Source: a virus (Duplodnaviria > Caudoviricetes). From it: 64,000 nucleotides of DNA. The translations under genes and the position numbers were made by a program. The stretch is taken from positions 11,335-75,334 of IMG/VR virus record IMGVR_UViG_3300047160_007353. One strand, written 5' to 3'. Below are positions 26,923 to 35,799 of this stretch, one piece after another (the first letter of the stretch is position 1; each line of letters begins with the position of its first letter). The notes beneath the pieces were generated by a model. It was given only the letters and a program-made list of their open reading frames with translations, did no database searches and had not been told where the DNA came from.

Positions 26923-27918
26923 CTAGACGGCCTTGGCTTTGTCCTGGACGGCCTTGGCGGCTTTCAGACCGTTGATGTGTTCGACGGTCTTGGCGGTCAG
27001 TTTGGCCAGATACTCGATTTCGTCGAACCGCCCGAGAGCGTACATGGCCTGAACGAAGGTGGCAAGATCGGCTTGGGTGCATTTGGTCGGGTCGCAACCG
27101 ACCTCAACCAAGACCTCTTCCTTGACGGTCTTGACGACCTCACGCACAACCTCGATTGGGGCAGGAGTCGGCAGTTCCTTCCCGTGCGCCTTCAAGCCGT
27201 GGTTGACCGAATCCCGGATGTCGTCAACCGACATCTTGGCGTCCGCGCTCAACGCCTTATCGACGGCGTGCACGAAAGCCGTGTTGACCTCGCGACGCGC
27301 CTTGCGGGTTGCGGCGGCGTTGAGTTCGTCTTGCGTCTTGGGATCGGCCGACTTGGCCAGTTGCTTCTCGTGCGAGTCAATCGCCTCTCGAAGCTTCCGC
27401 ATGTCGAGTGGGTGGTCGCCCAACTGTGCGTTGCAAGTCTCCGTCAGGAACAACAACCACCCCTTCCGGATGTTGCCCGTCATGGTCCCCGTGTTCATTT
27501 CGAGGTAGGGAAGGAAGAACTCGTCGATCTGGTGGAACGAGAGGCGTTCGATGTTCGGGACAGTCGGCTTCATCTCCCGAACGAACAGTGCCATGCGAGC
27601 GCATCGCGCGATGTTCAGGTATGACCCTCTTGCCGGACAGGTGGCGCGAACGAGAAGCGACGCCTCATTGCAGCATTGCGTCCAGTCCGACTCGTAGCCA
27701 CCCGGGCCTGTCTTCTTCTTGGCGCGCCAGTTGTCCAAGCCGACGATGCCCTGGCTCTCAATCGCCAGAGCAAGGGCGCCGGTGCCGATCCACAGGGCAT
27801 CTTCGAGAAGGCCCGGGTGGTCGATTCTCTGGCGCACGCCGTCGGCGTACTCGCGCTGGTGCTGCTTGTAGGCAGCTACGCGCTCTTCGATCGTGGGGGA
27901 AACGGTGGTCTCTGCCAT
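26923..27918 (-). CDS. hypothetical protein (331 aa), stand-alone transcription unit
   Basis: GAGGA upstream, own terminator, strong GC3 codon bias. Confidence 0.7.
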   Translation of the reverse strand: MAETTVSPTIEERVAAYKQHQREYADGVRQRIDHPGLLEDALWIGTGALALAIESQGIVGLDNWRAKKKTGPGGYESDWTQCCNEASLLVRATCPARGSYLNIARCARMALFVREMKPTVPNIERLSFHQIDEFFLPYLEMNTGTMTGNIRKGWLLFLTETCNAQLGDHPLDMRKLREAIDSHEKQLAKSADPKTQDELNAAATRKARREVNTAFVHAVDKALSADAKMSVDDIRDSVNHGLKAHGKELPTPAPIEVVREVVKTVKEEVLVEVGCDPTKCTQADLATFVQAMYALGRFDEIEYLAKLTAKTVEHINGLKAAKAVQDKAKAV

Positions 27919-28371
27919 GGTTGCAATCCTCGTGTGTGGGAAGGTTACTGCTACGCGTAGCAGTAACTCCAGCGTACGGACGTTGATCGGCCCCGTCTCC
28001 CGACGAGTTTAGACGACCAACGGCGGTCGGCTGACCCGGCCGCACTGTAATTATCCTGCACTCACTCGCAATGCGTAGTAGTGAACTCGCCGCAACGCCA
28101 TGAGGCGAACCGACTTGCGTCTTACGCACAAAACTTCTCTTGCGCATCGACTTTGTCCTAAGTCGTTGCCACCAAAGCACTTAGCTGCGCCCGCTTGTCC
28201 ATCTTTGTCCAAGGTGGCGAGTCAAGTGGTGCATGTGTACACATCGGCGGGGAGGAACTGGGCTCGCTCCACCTGCAAGCCCTCTGGTCAAATGACGCCA
28301 AGCCGTTGCCAGCCAAAGAGAAAGCGTACGTACACCATGTTCCCTGGTCGACGCCTCACCCAAGAGGCGAT

Positions 28372-28556
28372 GGCAGGGAACTGCCGGCAGGGCACACAGG
28401 CCAGGACGGTGGCCAGGGCACACAGGCCAGGACACGCCGCTAGCCGCCGCTAGCCTGCACCACGACGCCAGGACGCACGCCAGGACGCACGCCAGGACGG
28501 TGGCCAGGGCACACGCCAGGGCGGTGGGGCGACAGGGCAGGGAACTGCCGGCAGGG
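28372..28556. repeat. nested direct/tandem repeat cluster in a long non-coding gap
   Basis: 21-bp repeat at 28372 and 28536; 24-bp repeat at 28400 and 28491; 12-bp unit x3 at 28465-28499. Confidence 0.85.
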
Positions 28557-28828
28557 GGCAAGCCGCCGGTCGGCAAGCCACCCGTGGGGCCGGTCGGCAC
28601 CGAACACAAGGACCGTGCGCACGCACAGGTTCTATATAGTGCGACGGCTGCACCTACTGGACAGGCGACAAGCAAGCTATGCATCCTTCATATCACACTA
28701 GTGTGCATGCATTTTTGAGTCTGATCGGTGGGGAAACGCTGCAACCTGTTGCGCCGCAACGACTTGTGACAAGGACCAGGCCCGGGGGAGGCCCCCCAGC
28801 GGCGGCCGGCTCTAGTAACATGCACCAC

Positions 28829-29038
28829 CTAGATTTTCAGGTGACTTATGACGTTTGCCACGGGCATCTTCTCGGCGAAGCACTTCAGGTGCACGACGAT
28901 GTATCCCTCTGTGGTCCTCAGGACCATGTGGCTCACGTTCGCCTCGCAGACCTCGCCGCAGATCGCGCACGGATTGATTGGCTCTTCGCTATTGACGAGG
29001 AAGCCGCTCAGCAGGTGGTAATCCACTGAGTAACCCAT
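28829..29038 (-). CDS. small putative Zn-binding protein
   Basis: CAIC...HLKC; GGAGG upstream. Confidence 0.45.
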   Translation of the reverse strand: MGYSVDYHLLSGFLVNSEEPINPCAICGEVCEANVSHMVLRTTEGYIVVHLKCFAEKMPVANVISHLKI

Positions 29039-29097
29039 GGAACCTCCTAGGTTTGGGGTGGTGAAGACCTCTAACTCATCCTAGGAGACCTACGCGC

Positions 29098-29670
29098 ATG
29101 CGCCGTCGTTCATTCCTTGCAGCCGCAGCCCTTCCTCTGTTCGGGGACGACAAGAAGGTTGAGCCTGCGAAACCCGTTGACCCCAAGAAGGAAGCCGAGA
29201 TAAAGGACCGCCAGCGGGAGCAGGAAGACCGCCTCAGGGCGGAGAAGCCCTACTGGGACCGCAAGGCCGTCGTGAGTGAGCGCACGACGGTCCTGGTTGG
29301 CCCTGGGAAGCCGCCGGAGCGTGTAGACCTGGTAATAGGCGAGACTCTCATGTGGACGCCCTGGGAGACCCAGTGGCGGCCTCGGTACGTGAACGTCATG
29401 GCGGGGCCGGAGCGAGCTCCCGGGGACGACTGGCCGCCGAAGTTCTCGGTCCTGGATCTGGTCGGGGAGGTGAAGGGGGGCGAGTCTGCCAATAGGACCT
29501 ACCGGCCGGGGTTCATGTTCTACGCCGTGGCTCCTGGCTCCATGACCGTCAGGATGTGGCTGACCGACACCGTGGGCAACAAGATCGAGGATCAATGGCT
29601 CTGGAACGGAACCAAGGCCGAGAGGCGGTCCTGGGAAGTGACCATGAAGGTCTTTGTCTCGAAGTCTTAG
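29098..29670 (+). CDS. hypothetical exported protein with twin-arginine-like leader
   Basis: MRRRSFLAAAALPLFG; AGGAG RBS; lone plus-strand gene in this block. Confidence 0.55.
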   Translation: MRRRSFLAAAALPLFGDDKKVEPAKPVDPKKEAEIKDRQREQEDRLRAEKPYWDRKAVVSERTTVLVGPGKPPERVDLVIGETLMWTPWETQWRPRYVNVMAGPERAPGDDWPPKFSVLDLVGEVKGGESANRTYRPGFMFYAVAPGSMTVRMWLTDTVGNKIEDQWLWNGTKAERRSWEVTMKVFVSKS

Positions 29671-29681
29671 TGTCCAAAAGA

Positions 29682-29708
29682 AAGGCCAGGAGGAGCACTC
29701 CTGGCCTT
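29682..29708. terminator. hairpin/bidirectional terminator between converging genes
   Basis: AAGGCCAGGAG/CTCCTGGCCTT perfect 11-bp stem. Confidence 0.65.
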
Positions 29709-29737
29709 CTGTCCACTTGACTTTGTTGAACTTTAGT

Positions 29738-30004
29738 TCAATCTGGATACTTCAATCCCTTGGCCTGCAAGGTTGCATCCACGAGATCGCTTTGCGCTGT
29801 GGTGAAGGGGTAGCCGCAGTCCTCGATGAGCCGCTCGGCACAGATCAGGAGTTCCTCTGAGGCCATGAACCGCATGGCCCTGGCCTCTCGGGTGCCCTTG
29901 TCTGGTCCATAGACGATGGCGACCGGCTCGCCGGTTTCCTCATCCTCGATCCGGATCGACGCGAACCCCTTCGAGGTGCTCGATCGGATTGCTTTCCATC
30001 CCAT
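29738..30004 (-). CDS. hypothetical phage protein
   Basis: ATG at 30004 after AGGAG. Confidence 0.45.
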   Translation of the reverse strand: MGWKAIRSSTSKGFASIRIEDEETGEPVAIVYGPDKGTREARAMRFMASEELLICAERLIEDCGYPFTTAQSDLVDATLQAKGLKYPD

Positions 30005-30281
30005 TGGGTTCACTCCTAGTTGGCCGGATGGATCTCCGGCTGGTAGGTGCCATCCTCGTTGACGTGCATGACCTCTTGGTTGCCGTCCTTGAACATGGCT
30101 ATGGCGGGGCACTTGTTCCAGGGAGTCAGGTCCCAGGCGTCCCTGCCTGGCCACCGGAACCTGACCATGCAGGCAAAGCCGTTCATGATCACCATGTTGA
30201 TGGGGATCTTGTAAATCCTCATATATGGCGTCTTGAACCAGCAGAGCCCGTGGTGGTCCAGATTGTCGTAGCTGGGGTTGC

Positions 30282-30548
30282 TCACGATTTCTCCCCGGCG
30301 ATCATTTGTTCCAGCCCGCTGCGCCCGCTGGACCGCTTGAACTTCTCCCAGTCCATGGCGTTGGACAGGGCTGATCGAAGAGATAAGAACTCCTCGGACT
30401 GGTTTCCCTTGACCTCCGTGCACCAGGTCGGCACTCCGGTGGCTGGGTCGATTCCCTGGCACAGGTCCACGTCCGACTGTTCCAGCCAGTCGAGCATCTC
30501 GGTGTCGGTATACCGGATTGTCGTCATCATTGGTTCGTTTGCTCCCAT
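30282..30548 (-). CDS. hypothetical phage protein
   Basis: YTDTEMLDWLE...LRSALSNAM pattern. Confidence 0.45.
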   Translation of the reverse strand: MGANEPMMTTIRYTDTEMLDWLEQSDVDLCQGIDPATGVPTWCTEVKGNQSEEFLSLRSALSNAMDWEKFKRSSGRSGLEQMIAGEKS

Positions 30549-31108
30549 ATGGCGGTCTTGTGGGCGATCATGTCCTCCATGAACCTCGGGGTCTTGTGGA
30601 TCAGCTTCTGTGACCTCTGGTACTCCACGCAGGTGTCCTTCTGCCTGCGGAACATCTCATCGCGGCCCTTCATCAGGGCGTGGATGCGGCGGTCGCTCCG
30701 CGTTGGGGGGATCTCCATCTCCCCCTGTTTGTTGTTCCCCTTGCCGTACTTCAGCATGAACTTGATGTGCCGGCGGCGGATGTCCATGGTGAAGTCGCGG
30801 AGGTCGTCGTACTCCTTGTCGCACTGGCGGACCTCTGCCAGCAAGACCCGGATCTGGTCCTGAAGGAGGTCGATCCGGTTCCGGAGCGACAGGTTCTCCA
30901 CCTGGACGTCGAAGGGGTCCCAGGGCTTGGATCCCGTGGAGGAACAGACCTTCGGCTTCTCGTCAATACTGGGTCTTCCAACCTTTGCCATTTGATCCTC
31001 GCTTCTTGCTTTCCTTGGTGGTGTCGGAGTCGCGTGCCATGTCCTGGACCCAGGGGATGGCCATGAAGGTCTCGATGGCCTCTCTGGTGTCGTCGTAGAG
31101 GTTGTCAA
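30527..31108 (-). CDS. hypothetical coiled-coil protein (true start probably near 30990)
   Basis: Heptad-rich ORF. Confidence 0.4.
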   Translation of the reverse strand: MTTSTTTPERPSRPSWPSPGSRTWHATPTPPRKARSEDQMAKVGRPSIDEKPKVCSSTGSKPWDPFDVQVENLSLRNRIDLLQDQIRVLLAEVRQCDKEYDDLRDFTMDIRRRHIKFMLKYGKGNNKQGEMEIPPTRSDRRIHALMKGRDEMFRRQKDTCVEYQRSQKLIHKTPRFMEDMIAHKTAIWEQTNQ

Positions 31109-31253
31109 GGTTGCTGAACCAGACGAGATACGAAACCTCGTCGCCGACGGCGATGTCGTAGAAGGTTTTGCCCTTGTGCTTGCCGAACGGCATGACGAAC
31201 TCGCACGCCTCGATCTCGGCCGGGCTCAGGTTGCGGGTGTGAACTGCGTTCAT
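30963..31253 (-). CDS. DUF3820-like (MPFGKHKG) small protein
   Basis: FVMPFGKHKGKTFYDI...SYLVWF. Confidence 0.65.
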   Translation of the reverse strand: MNAVHTRNLSPAEIEACEFVMPFGKHKGKTFYDIAVGDEVSYLVWFSNLDNLYDDTREAIETFMAIPWVQDMARDSDTTKESKKRGSNGKGWKTQY

Positions 31254-31267
31254 TTTGTCTCCTTGTT

Positions 31268-31468
31268 TCAGGACTTCAGGATTTGTACCACTTCGAGCAT
31301 CCCGATCTTCAAATCGGGGACCGCACAGATCATCTTGGCTCTTTCCCGTCGCTCTGCTTCGTCCTTCCCGTAGACTTTGGCAATCAGGAGCTGCCGCTCG
31401 TCCCGGACGTTCAGATACGGGACTCCGTCCCCGTCAACACAGGTGTAGATCCCAGCCTCCCACTTCAT
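31268..31468 (-). CDS. hypothetical phage protein
   Basis: ERRERAKMICAVPDL pattern; similar in style to 29738..30004. Confidence 0.45.
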   Translation of the reverse strand: MKWEAGIYTCVDGDGVPYLNVRDERQLLIAKVYGKDEAERRERAKMICAVPDLKIGMLEVVQILKS

Positions 31469-31746
31469 GGAATCTCCTCATCATCTCGTGGCATCGCGGC
31501 GTCCAGGGCGTGCCCGAACGCTTCGAGTTCGCTCTCGTGGTGTTTCTTTGGAACACGTCCAAAGGTGATGTTCTTGACTGCGCGAACCTTGTCGTTACGG
31601 AAGGCCCACCACTCCATACTCACGGACATGGCAACGATCCAGATCAGGTCGTGATCTGGTCCGTAGTCGCACCATCCATAGGCTAGGCCGGTCTCCTTCC
31701 GATCCGGGATATACACCGGAATCGGCGGGTTCAACTGGGTCAGCAT
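31465..31746 (-). CDS. hypothetical phage protein
   Basis: LNPPIPV...DYGPDHDLIW; GGAGG upstream. Confidence 0.55.
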   Translation of the reverse strand: MLTQLNPPIPVYIPDRKETGLAYGWCDYGPDHDLIWIVAMSVSMEWWAFRNDKVRAVKNITFGRVPKKHHESELEAFGHALDAAMPRDDEEIP

Positions 31747-31772
31747 ATCGCGTCTTTTGTCCTCCAAATTTG

Positions 31773-31795
31773 TGAAACCTCAAATCGAGGCTTCA
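31773..31795. repeat. 23-bp dispersed palindrome, copy 4
   Basis: TGAAACCTC AAATC GAGGCTTCA at a divergent junction. Confidence 0.9.
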
Positions 31796-31875
31796 GCAAT
31801 TTATAGATCATTCCGGGGGGTAGGTAAATTGCCGGAGTGAAAGGACGCGATCTTTCCCTGCTCTGCCGGTGACCA

Positions 31876-33054
31876 ATGCCAGATCTTCCCCAGGACACTT
31901 CCTCTTCCGCCGCTTCCGCCGGCTTGGCCGAACTTCAGGCTTCGTCCAACGCCATCATGGCTCAGGACTCCATTGCTCAGGGGTCACGCAGCGACGCTGC
32001 TGCTTCTCAGGTCGAAGGCACCCGCGATGTCCAGTTCACCCCCGAGCCCGACTCCGGGATCGCCGCTGGCGCCGTGGGAGGCGCTGGGAGCGCTGGTGCT
32101 TCTGGAGTCGCTCAGCTCCAGCCAGAAAGCGAGTGGGAGTCCGTCCAGGACGTCGCCCGCTCCCTCGGATACCAGTCCAACCAGAACTTTGCCGACGATC
32201 GAGCCTTCCTCCTCCACCTCCTCAATCGCGACCGTGCCACCCAGGAAGCCGATTACTACAGTCAGCTCGGACGGCAGCTCGCCCCGCACTACCAGGGCAT
32301 CCAGAGCTACCTCGGTCAAAGGCAGGCACAGGCTCAGGCTCCGGCCGCGACCCCCGAGTGGGAAGCTCCTGAGTTCGACCCCCGATGGATGGACCTCGTG
32401 CAGCGAGATCCTGGAACGGGAGTCTACCTGGCTCGGCCAGGGGTCAATCCACTGATCGCGGACAAGGTCAATAGCTACGACCAGTGGTTCAGTAAGTACG
32501 GCCACAACCCCCTCGCCGCCGTCCGCCCGATGCTTCAGGCCGAACTCCCCAATATCATCGGCCAGCAGATCCGCCAGGAACTTGCAAGCTTCCGGCGGGA
32601 GCAGACGGTGAACTCCATCGTCGAGCGGAACAGCGAGTGGATGTATCAGCATAACAACGGCCGCCCCGTGATCGGCGTCGGCGGGCAGCTCGTCCCCACG
32701 CCCCAGGGCCTCCGCTACGGCCAGATCGTACAGCAGCTCGAACAGGGTGGGATGAACAACCCGGTGGCCGTGGACCAGATCGCCCGCAACATGCTGTTGG
32801 GGGAGATGGCGATCGCGAGCCAGCAAGGTTCCCATCCCGCCCCGCCTCTTGCACAGCAGAACAACGCCCTCGCCTCTTCGGGCGCCCAACGCAACGTGCT
32901 CCAGAGCCTTCCCCCTCAGCAGAGAGCGACGACTCCCGGAGCAACCGAGCCTGCACAGACCGGCATGTCCTTGCACGACATGCTTCACAGCGCGTTTGAG
33001 TCAGCCGGCTATACCGACGCCGATTTCAGTGACCCCAGTCGTTTCATGAGTTGA
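31876..33054 (+). CDS. putative capsid scaffolding protein
   Basis: Acidic, Q/A-rich, immediately upstream of the capsid gene. Confidence 0.6.
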   Translation: MPDLPQDTSSSAASAGLAELQASSNAIMAQDSIAQGSRSDAAASQVEGTRDVQFTPEPDSGIAAGAVGGAGSAGASGVAQLQPESEWESVQDVARSLGYQSNQNFADDRAFLLHLLNRDRATQEADYYSQLGRQLAPHYQGIQSYLGQRQAQAQAPAATPEWEAPEFDPRWMDLVQRDPGTGVYLARPGVNPLIADKVNSYDQWFSKYGHNPLAAVRPMLQAELPNIIGQQIRQELASFRREQTVNSIVERNSEWMYQHNNGRPVIGVGGQLVPTPQGLRYGQIVQQLEQGGMNNPVAVDQIARNMLLGEMAIASQQGSHPAPPLAQQNNALASSGAQRNVLQSLPPQQRATTPGATEPAQTGMSLHDMLHSAFESAGYTDADFSDPSRFMS

Positions 33055-33067
33055 GGAGTGAACTTCA

Positions 33068-34180
33068 ATGGCAATCCCCTGGAGTAGAGTCCTTAACTCT
33101 ACCATCAAGAATTACATTCGTGAGCGCGAAGTGAACGTGCTCAGGAATCGTAAATTGACCGCGCTCCTGAAGAAGAGAGGTCGTCTCTCCTTCAACTGGA
33201 GCGGGTATAAGATGGACTGGAAGGTCAAGTACCGACGCGTCCGTCTTACTCCGTTTGCTGACGGCGACACCCTGACCTTCGACCGCAAGGACCGGCACAA
33301 GACCGCCGAAGTCGATTGGCGCGGTTATAGCCTCACGGACTCCATGACCAAGGGCGAGTTCCTCCAGAACCGCTCCAAAGAGGCCATCATCAAGTTGTAC
33401 TCAACAATATCTGTCGATCTGATGGATGATGCTGAGGACTTCTTCGGTGAAGAGTTCTACATCAATGGAAACTTGGCTGCGAACGCCAAGCGAATCCATG
33501 GCCTCGAAACCTTCCTGGCGGCCAACTCGGTGGTCGGGAACGGTGCTGGCGCCCCGACCGCGACCTACGCCGGCCTCTCCTGCGTGCCCGGCTTCTACGG
33601 TGGCACCTGGACTGGTGGGACGATCAACGGGACCGCAGTAACGTGGCCCAACGGCTTCGGCGATCCCCAATACGACTTCTGGAGCCCGATCGTCGTGGAC
33701 TACGGCGACACGCTCTTCCCCGGCACCGGCTCCGGCAACCACACGTGGTCGAACAACTGCGTGGAGGCCGTCGCCTTCGGGATCATCAAGAGCAAGAAAT
33801 CCAAGAGCGCCCGCGGCATGCTCGACGTCATCTTCCTGAATGACGAACTCTACCGCGAGTATCTCACCCAGGCCCGTACGTCGCAGCGGATCATGGTCGA
33901 CCGAGGCCAGGCATCGGGCTTGGTTCAGTTGGGATTTCTTGATGTAATTAACCAGGATGGTGTTGATCTGACGTGGGAGTATGGTACCCCGTCGGGCGTT
34001 GGCTACGGCTTCAACATCGACATGATGGAGCTTCGGTCGATGCAGGCTCAGGTGTTCGTGCCGGAAGGCCCCGACTTCGACATCGGCACCAAGAGCTGGC
34101 GGTTCTCGATCGACATGTATGGAAACGTCGTATACAATCCCAAGTTCTTCGTCAAGTTCGCGCAGCTCACAGGTCCCTGA
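33068..34180 (+). CDS. major capsid protein
   Basis: 370 aa, strong codon bias, position after the scaffold, HK97-like composition (AEVDWRGY...NRSKEAIIKL...IHGL). Confidence 0.75.
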   Translation: MAIPWSRVLNSTIKNYIREREVNVLRNRKLTALLKKRGRLSFNWSGYKMDWKVKYRRVRLTPFADGDTLTFDRKDRHKTAEVDWRGYSLTDSMTKGEFLQNRSKEAIIKLYSTISVDLMDDAEDFFGEEFYINGNLAANAKRIHGLETFLAANSVVGNGAGAPTATYAGLSCVPGFYGGTWTGGTINGTAVTWPNGFGDPQYDFWSPIVVDYGDTLFPGTGSGNHTWSNNCVEAVAFGIIKSKKSKSARGMLDVIFLNDELYREYLTQARTSQRIMVDRGQASGLVQLGFLDVINQDGVDLTWEYGTPSGVGYGFNIDMMELRSMQAQVFVPEGPDFDIGTKSWRFSIDMYGNVVYNPKFFVKFAQLTGP

Positions 34181-34195
34181 TCCTAGTGGTTAGCT

Positions 34196-34384
34196 ATGCC
34201 ATACAAGATCAAAGACTCGGGGGGTGGATTCAAGGTAACCAGCCCCAATCACCCCCAGGGCTTCTCCAAGAAGCCGCAAAGCAAGGAGATGGCCATCAAG
34301 CAGATGGTGGCCATCAAGATGCACGACAAGGAGCACGGAGGAGAGAAGCCCGCCAAGAAGGTGGGAGTAAGAAAGGGTAAGTAG
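34196..34384 (+). CDS. small basic hypothetical protein
   Basis: MPYKIKDSGGGFKV...K-rich. Confidence 0.5.
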   Translation: MPYKIKDSGGGFKVTSPNHPQGFSKKPQSKEMAIKQMVAIKMHDKEHGGEKPAKKVGVRKGK

Positions 34385-34388
34385 TCCT

Positions 34389-34754
34389 ATGGCCAAGCGA
34401 GTTGGCGTCAGGAACATGTCGAAGGATGTCGCCACCGGTCACGCGGTGGATGGCTCCTATCGCCACGTCTCGCCCGAGGAGACTCGCGGCCACGATCCCG
34501 ACACGGAGGGCACCGGGACCGAGAAGGCTTACTGCTCGATGTGTGACTGCAAAGGCCACACGTACATGGCTCATATGAACGAGTCCATGAGCGCCGGCGA
34601 CGGCGAAGACAGTGGGTCTGGCGTTGCCAAGGAGCAGAACAAGGCATCCCAGTACGGTTGGGCGAACAACGAATACGAGGGCAGCACCGGTTACTCTGGA
34701 TACAAGCTCCCCGGCGAGCGGGGTAGCAAGTCCGCAGTTCGCATTTTCGGCTAA
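34389..34754 (+). CDS. hypothetical protein
   Basis: ORF in the capsid operon. Confidence 0.5.
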   Translation: MAKRVGVRNMSKDVATGHAVDGSYRHVSPEETRGHDPDTEGTGTEKAYCSMCDCKGHTYMAHMNESMSAGDGEDSGSGVAKEQNKASQYGWANNEYEGSTGYSGYKLPGERGSKSAVRIFG

Positions 34755-34774
34755 TAAGCCGAGGAGCTTTTGCA

Positions 34775-35413
34775 ATGGGTCGTCTACAGGACGCACCGTT
34801 CCCGAGAGGCGGGACCTACTTCAACGGCAACTTCGTGACTGTCCCCACGCCAGATACAAATGAGTTTCTGGGTGGCTTCAATTATGAAGGTAAGGAGTAT
34901 TGGATCGAGGACAATGATTCTCCTGGTGGCGGCTACGGCACCGGGATGTTCGTCAAAGTCCGAGTGGTCCGCAACTCCACCGCCGCCAATATCCTTCCTG
35001 GTCAGCTCGTCCAGCTCGACGCCACCAGCCGCGTGCTCGACAGCGCGACGGTCCTTCCCGGGACCAACGTCAACACCATCATCCGCACCACGGCGGTCTA
35101 CGGCTACCCGGCCGACGAGTACCTTCCCGCGGCTGGCGTGATTTCCGGCGACCTCTTCTACGTGGTCATCGGCGGTCCCTGCCTGATGAAAACCGCTCTC
35201 ACTGGCACGGTCACGTTGGTGATCGATCAGAAGGTCGTGTCGGGCACCATGGCCGGCACCACCTCCGCTGACGCTGGCAACGTGGTTGCTCAGGACCTCA
35301 CCGGCGCGACCGCGACCCTGGGTGCCCAGATCCAGAACGCAGTCGGCCGTGCCATGAGCGCCATGTCCAGCCAGGGGACCGGCCAGCCGATCCTCGTGAA
35401 CGTTGGCGCCTAA
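34775..35413 (+). CDS. putative capsid decoration/cement protein
   Basis: G/T/V/A-rich beta-type protein after the MCP; GAGGAG RBS. Confidence 0.5.
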   Translation: MGRLQDAPFPRGGTYFNGNFVTVPTPDTNEFLGGFNYEGKEYWIEDNDSPGGGYGTGMFVKVRVVRNSTAANILPGQLVQLDATSRVLDSATVLPGTNVNTIIRTTAVYGYPADEYLPAAGVISGDLFYVVIGGPCLMKTALTGTVTLVIDQKVVSGTMAGTTSADAGNVVAQDLTGATATLGAQIQNAVGRAMSAMSSQGTGQPILVNVGA

Positions 35414-35436
35414 CGGCGCGGTTGGTGCCTAACGGC

Positions 35437-35464
35437 TTGACAGGCTGTGGGCGTGAGCTATAAT
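35437..35464 (+). promoter_or_regulatory. consensus sigma-70 promoter
   Basis: TTGACA (35437-42), 16 nt, TATAAT (35459-64). Confidence 0.8.
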
Positions 35465-35469
35465 CAAGA

Positions 35470-35681
35470 TGAAGCGGTCAACGGAATTGCTTGCTCCTTG
35501 GCCGCATGTGCGTCGGCGTGCTTAGGCGTTTCTTTGATCAAGGCAAAGCCCGGTTAGTTTCCACACGAAGCCGCACGCCGGCGCTTTTTAAGACAGTAAA
35601 GTGCAAGTCAGTTAGTTCGGTCAGTCCTCGCGTGGCCCCGTCCCCGAAGGCAAGATGCTTTCGGGGCGGGGTTTTTTCTTT
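35470..35681 (+). ncRNA. candidate structured small RNA or attenuated leader
   Basis: Lies between the consensus promoter and a terminator. Stems at 35474-81/35498-505 and 35510-21/35573-84. No convincing ORF. Confidence 0.55.
35636..35681 (+). terminator. intrinsic terminator
   Basis: CCCCG(T)CCCCGAAGGCA/TGCTTTCGGGGCGGGG stem followed by TTTTTTCTTT. Confidence 0.85.
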
Positions 35682-35799
35682 GTTGTGAGCTAAACTGGAG
35701 TGCAGGTGAGGTGCACACCTGTTCTTCACTTCTCGACAGAGCCCTCCTGCACGGTGCTGACTCTCGTGCAGGAGGGCCTCTTACCCGGAAGCTCACACC

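Noticed and set aside
28100-28718. Several overlapping ORFs in the 28-kb gap
   Set aside because: They are translations of the repeats with no RBS or coupling, so the region is treated as non-coding.
35541-35560. GGCAAAGCCCGGTTAG resembles part of a c-di-GMP-I riboswitch
   Set aside because: The upstream GCAAAC stem, GNRA tetraloop and receptor are not identifiable, so it is left as an unclassified RNA.
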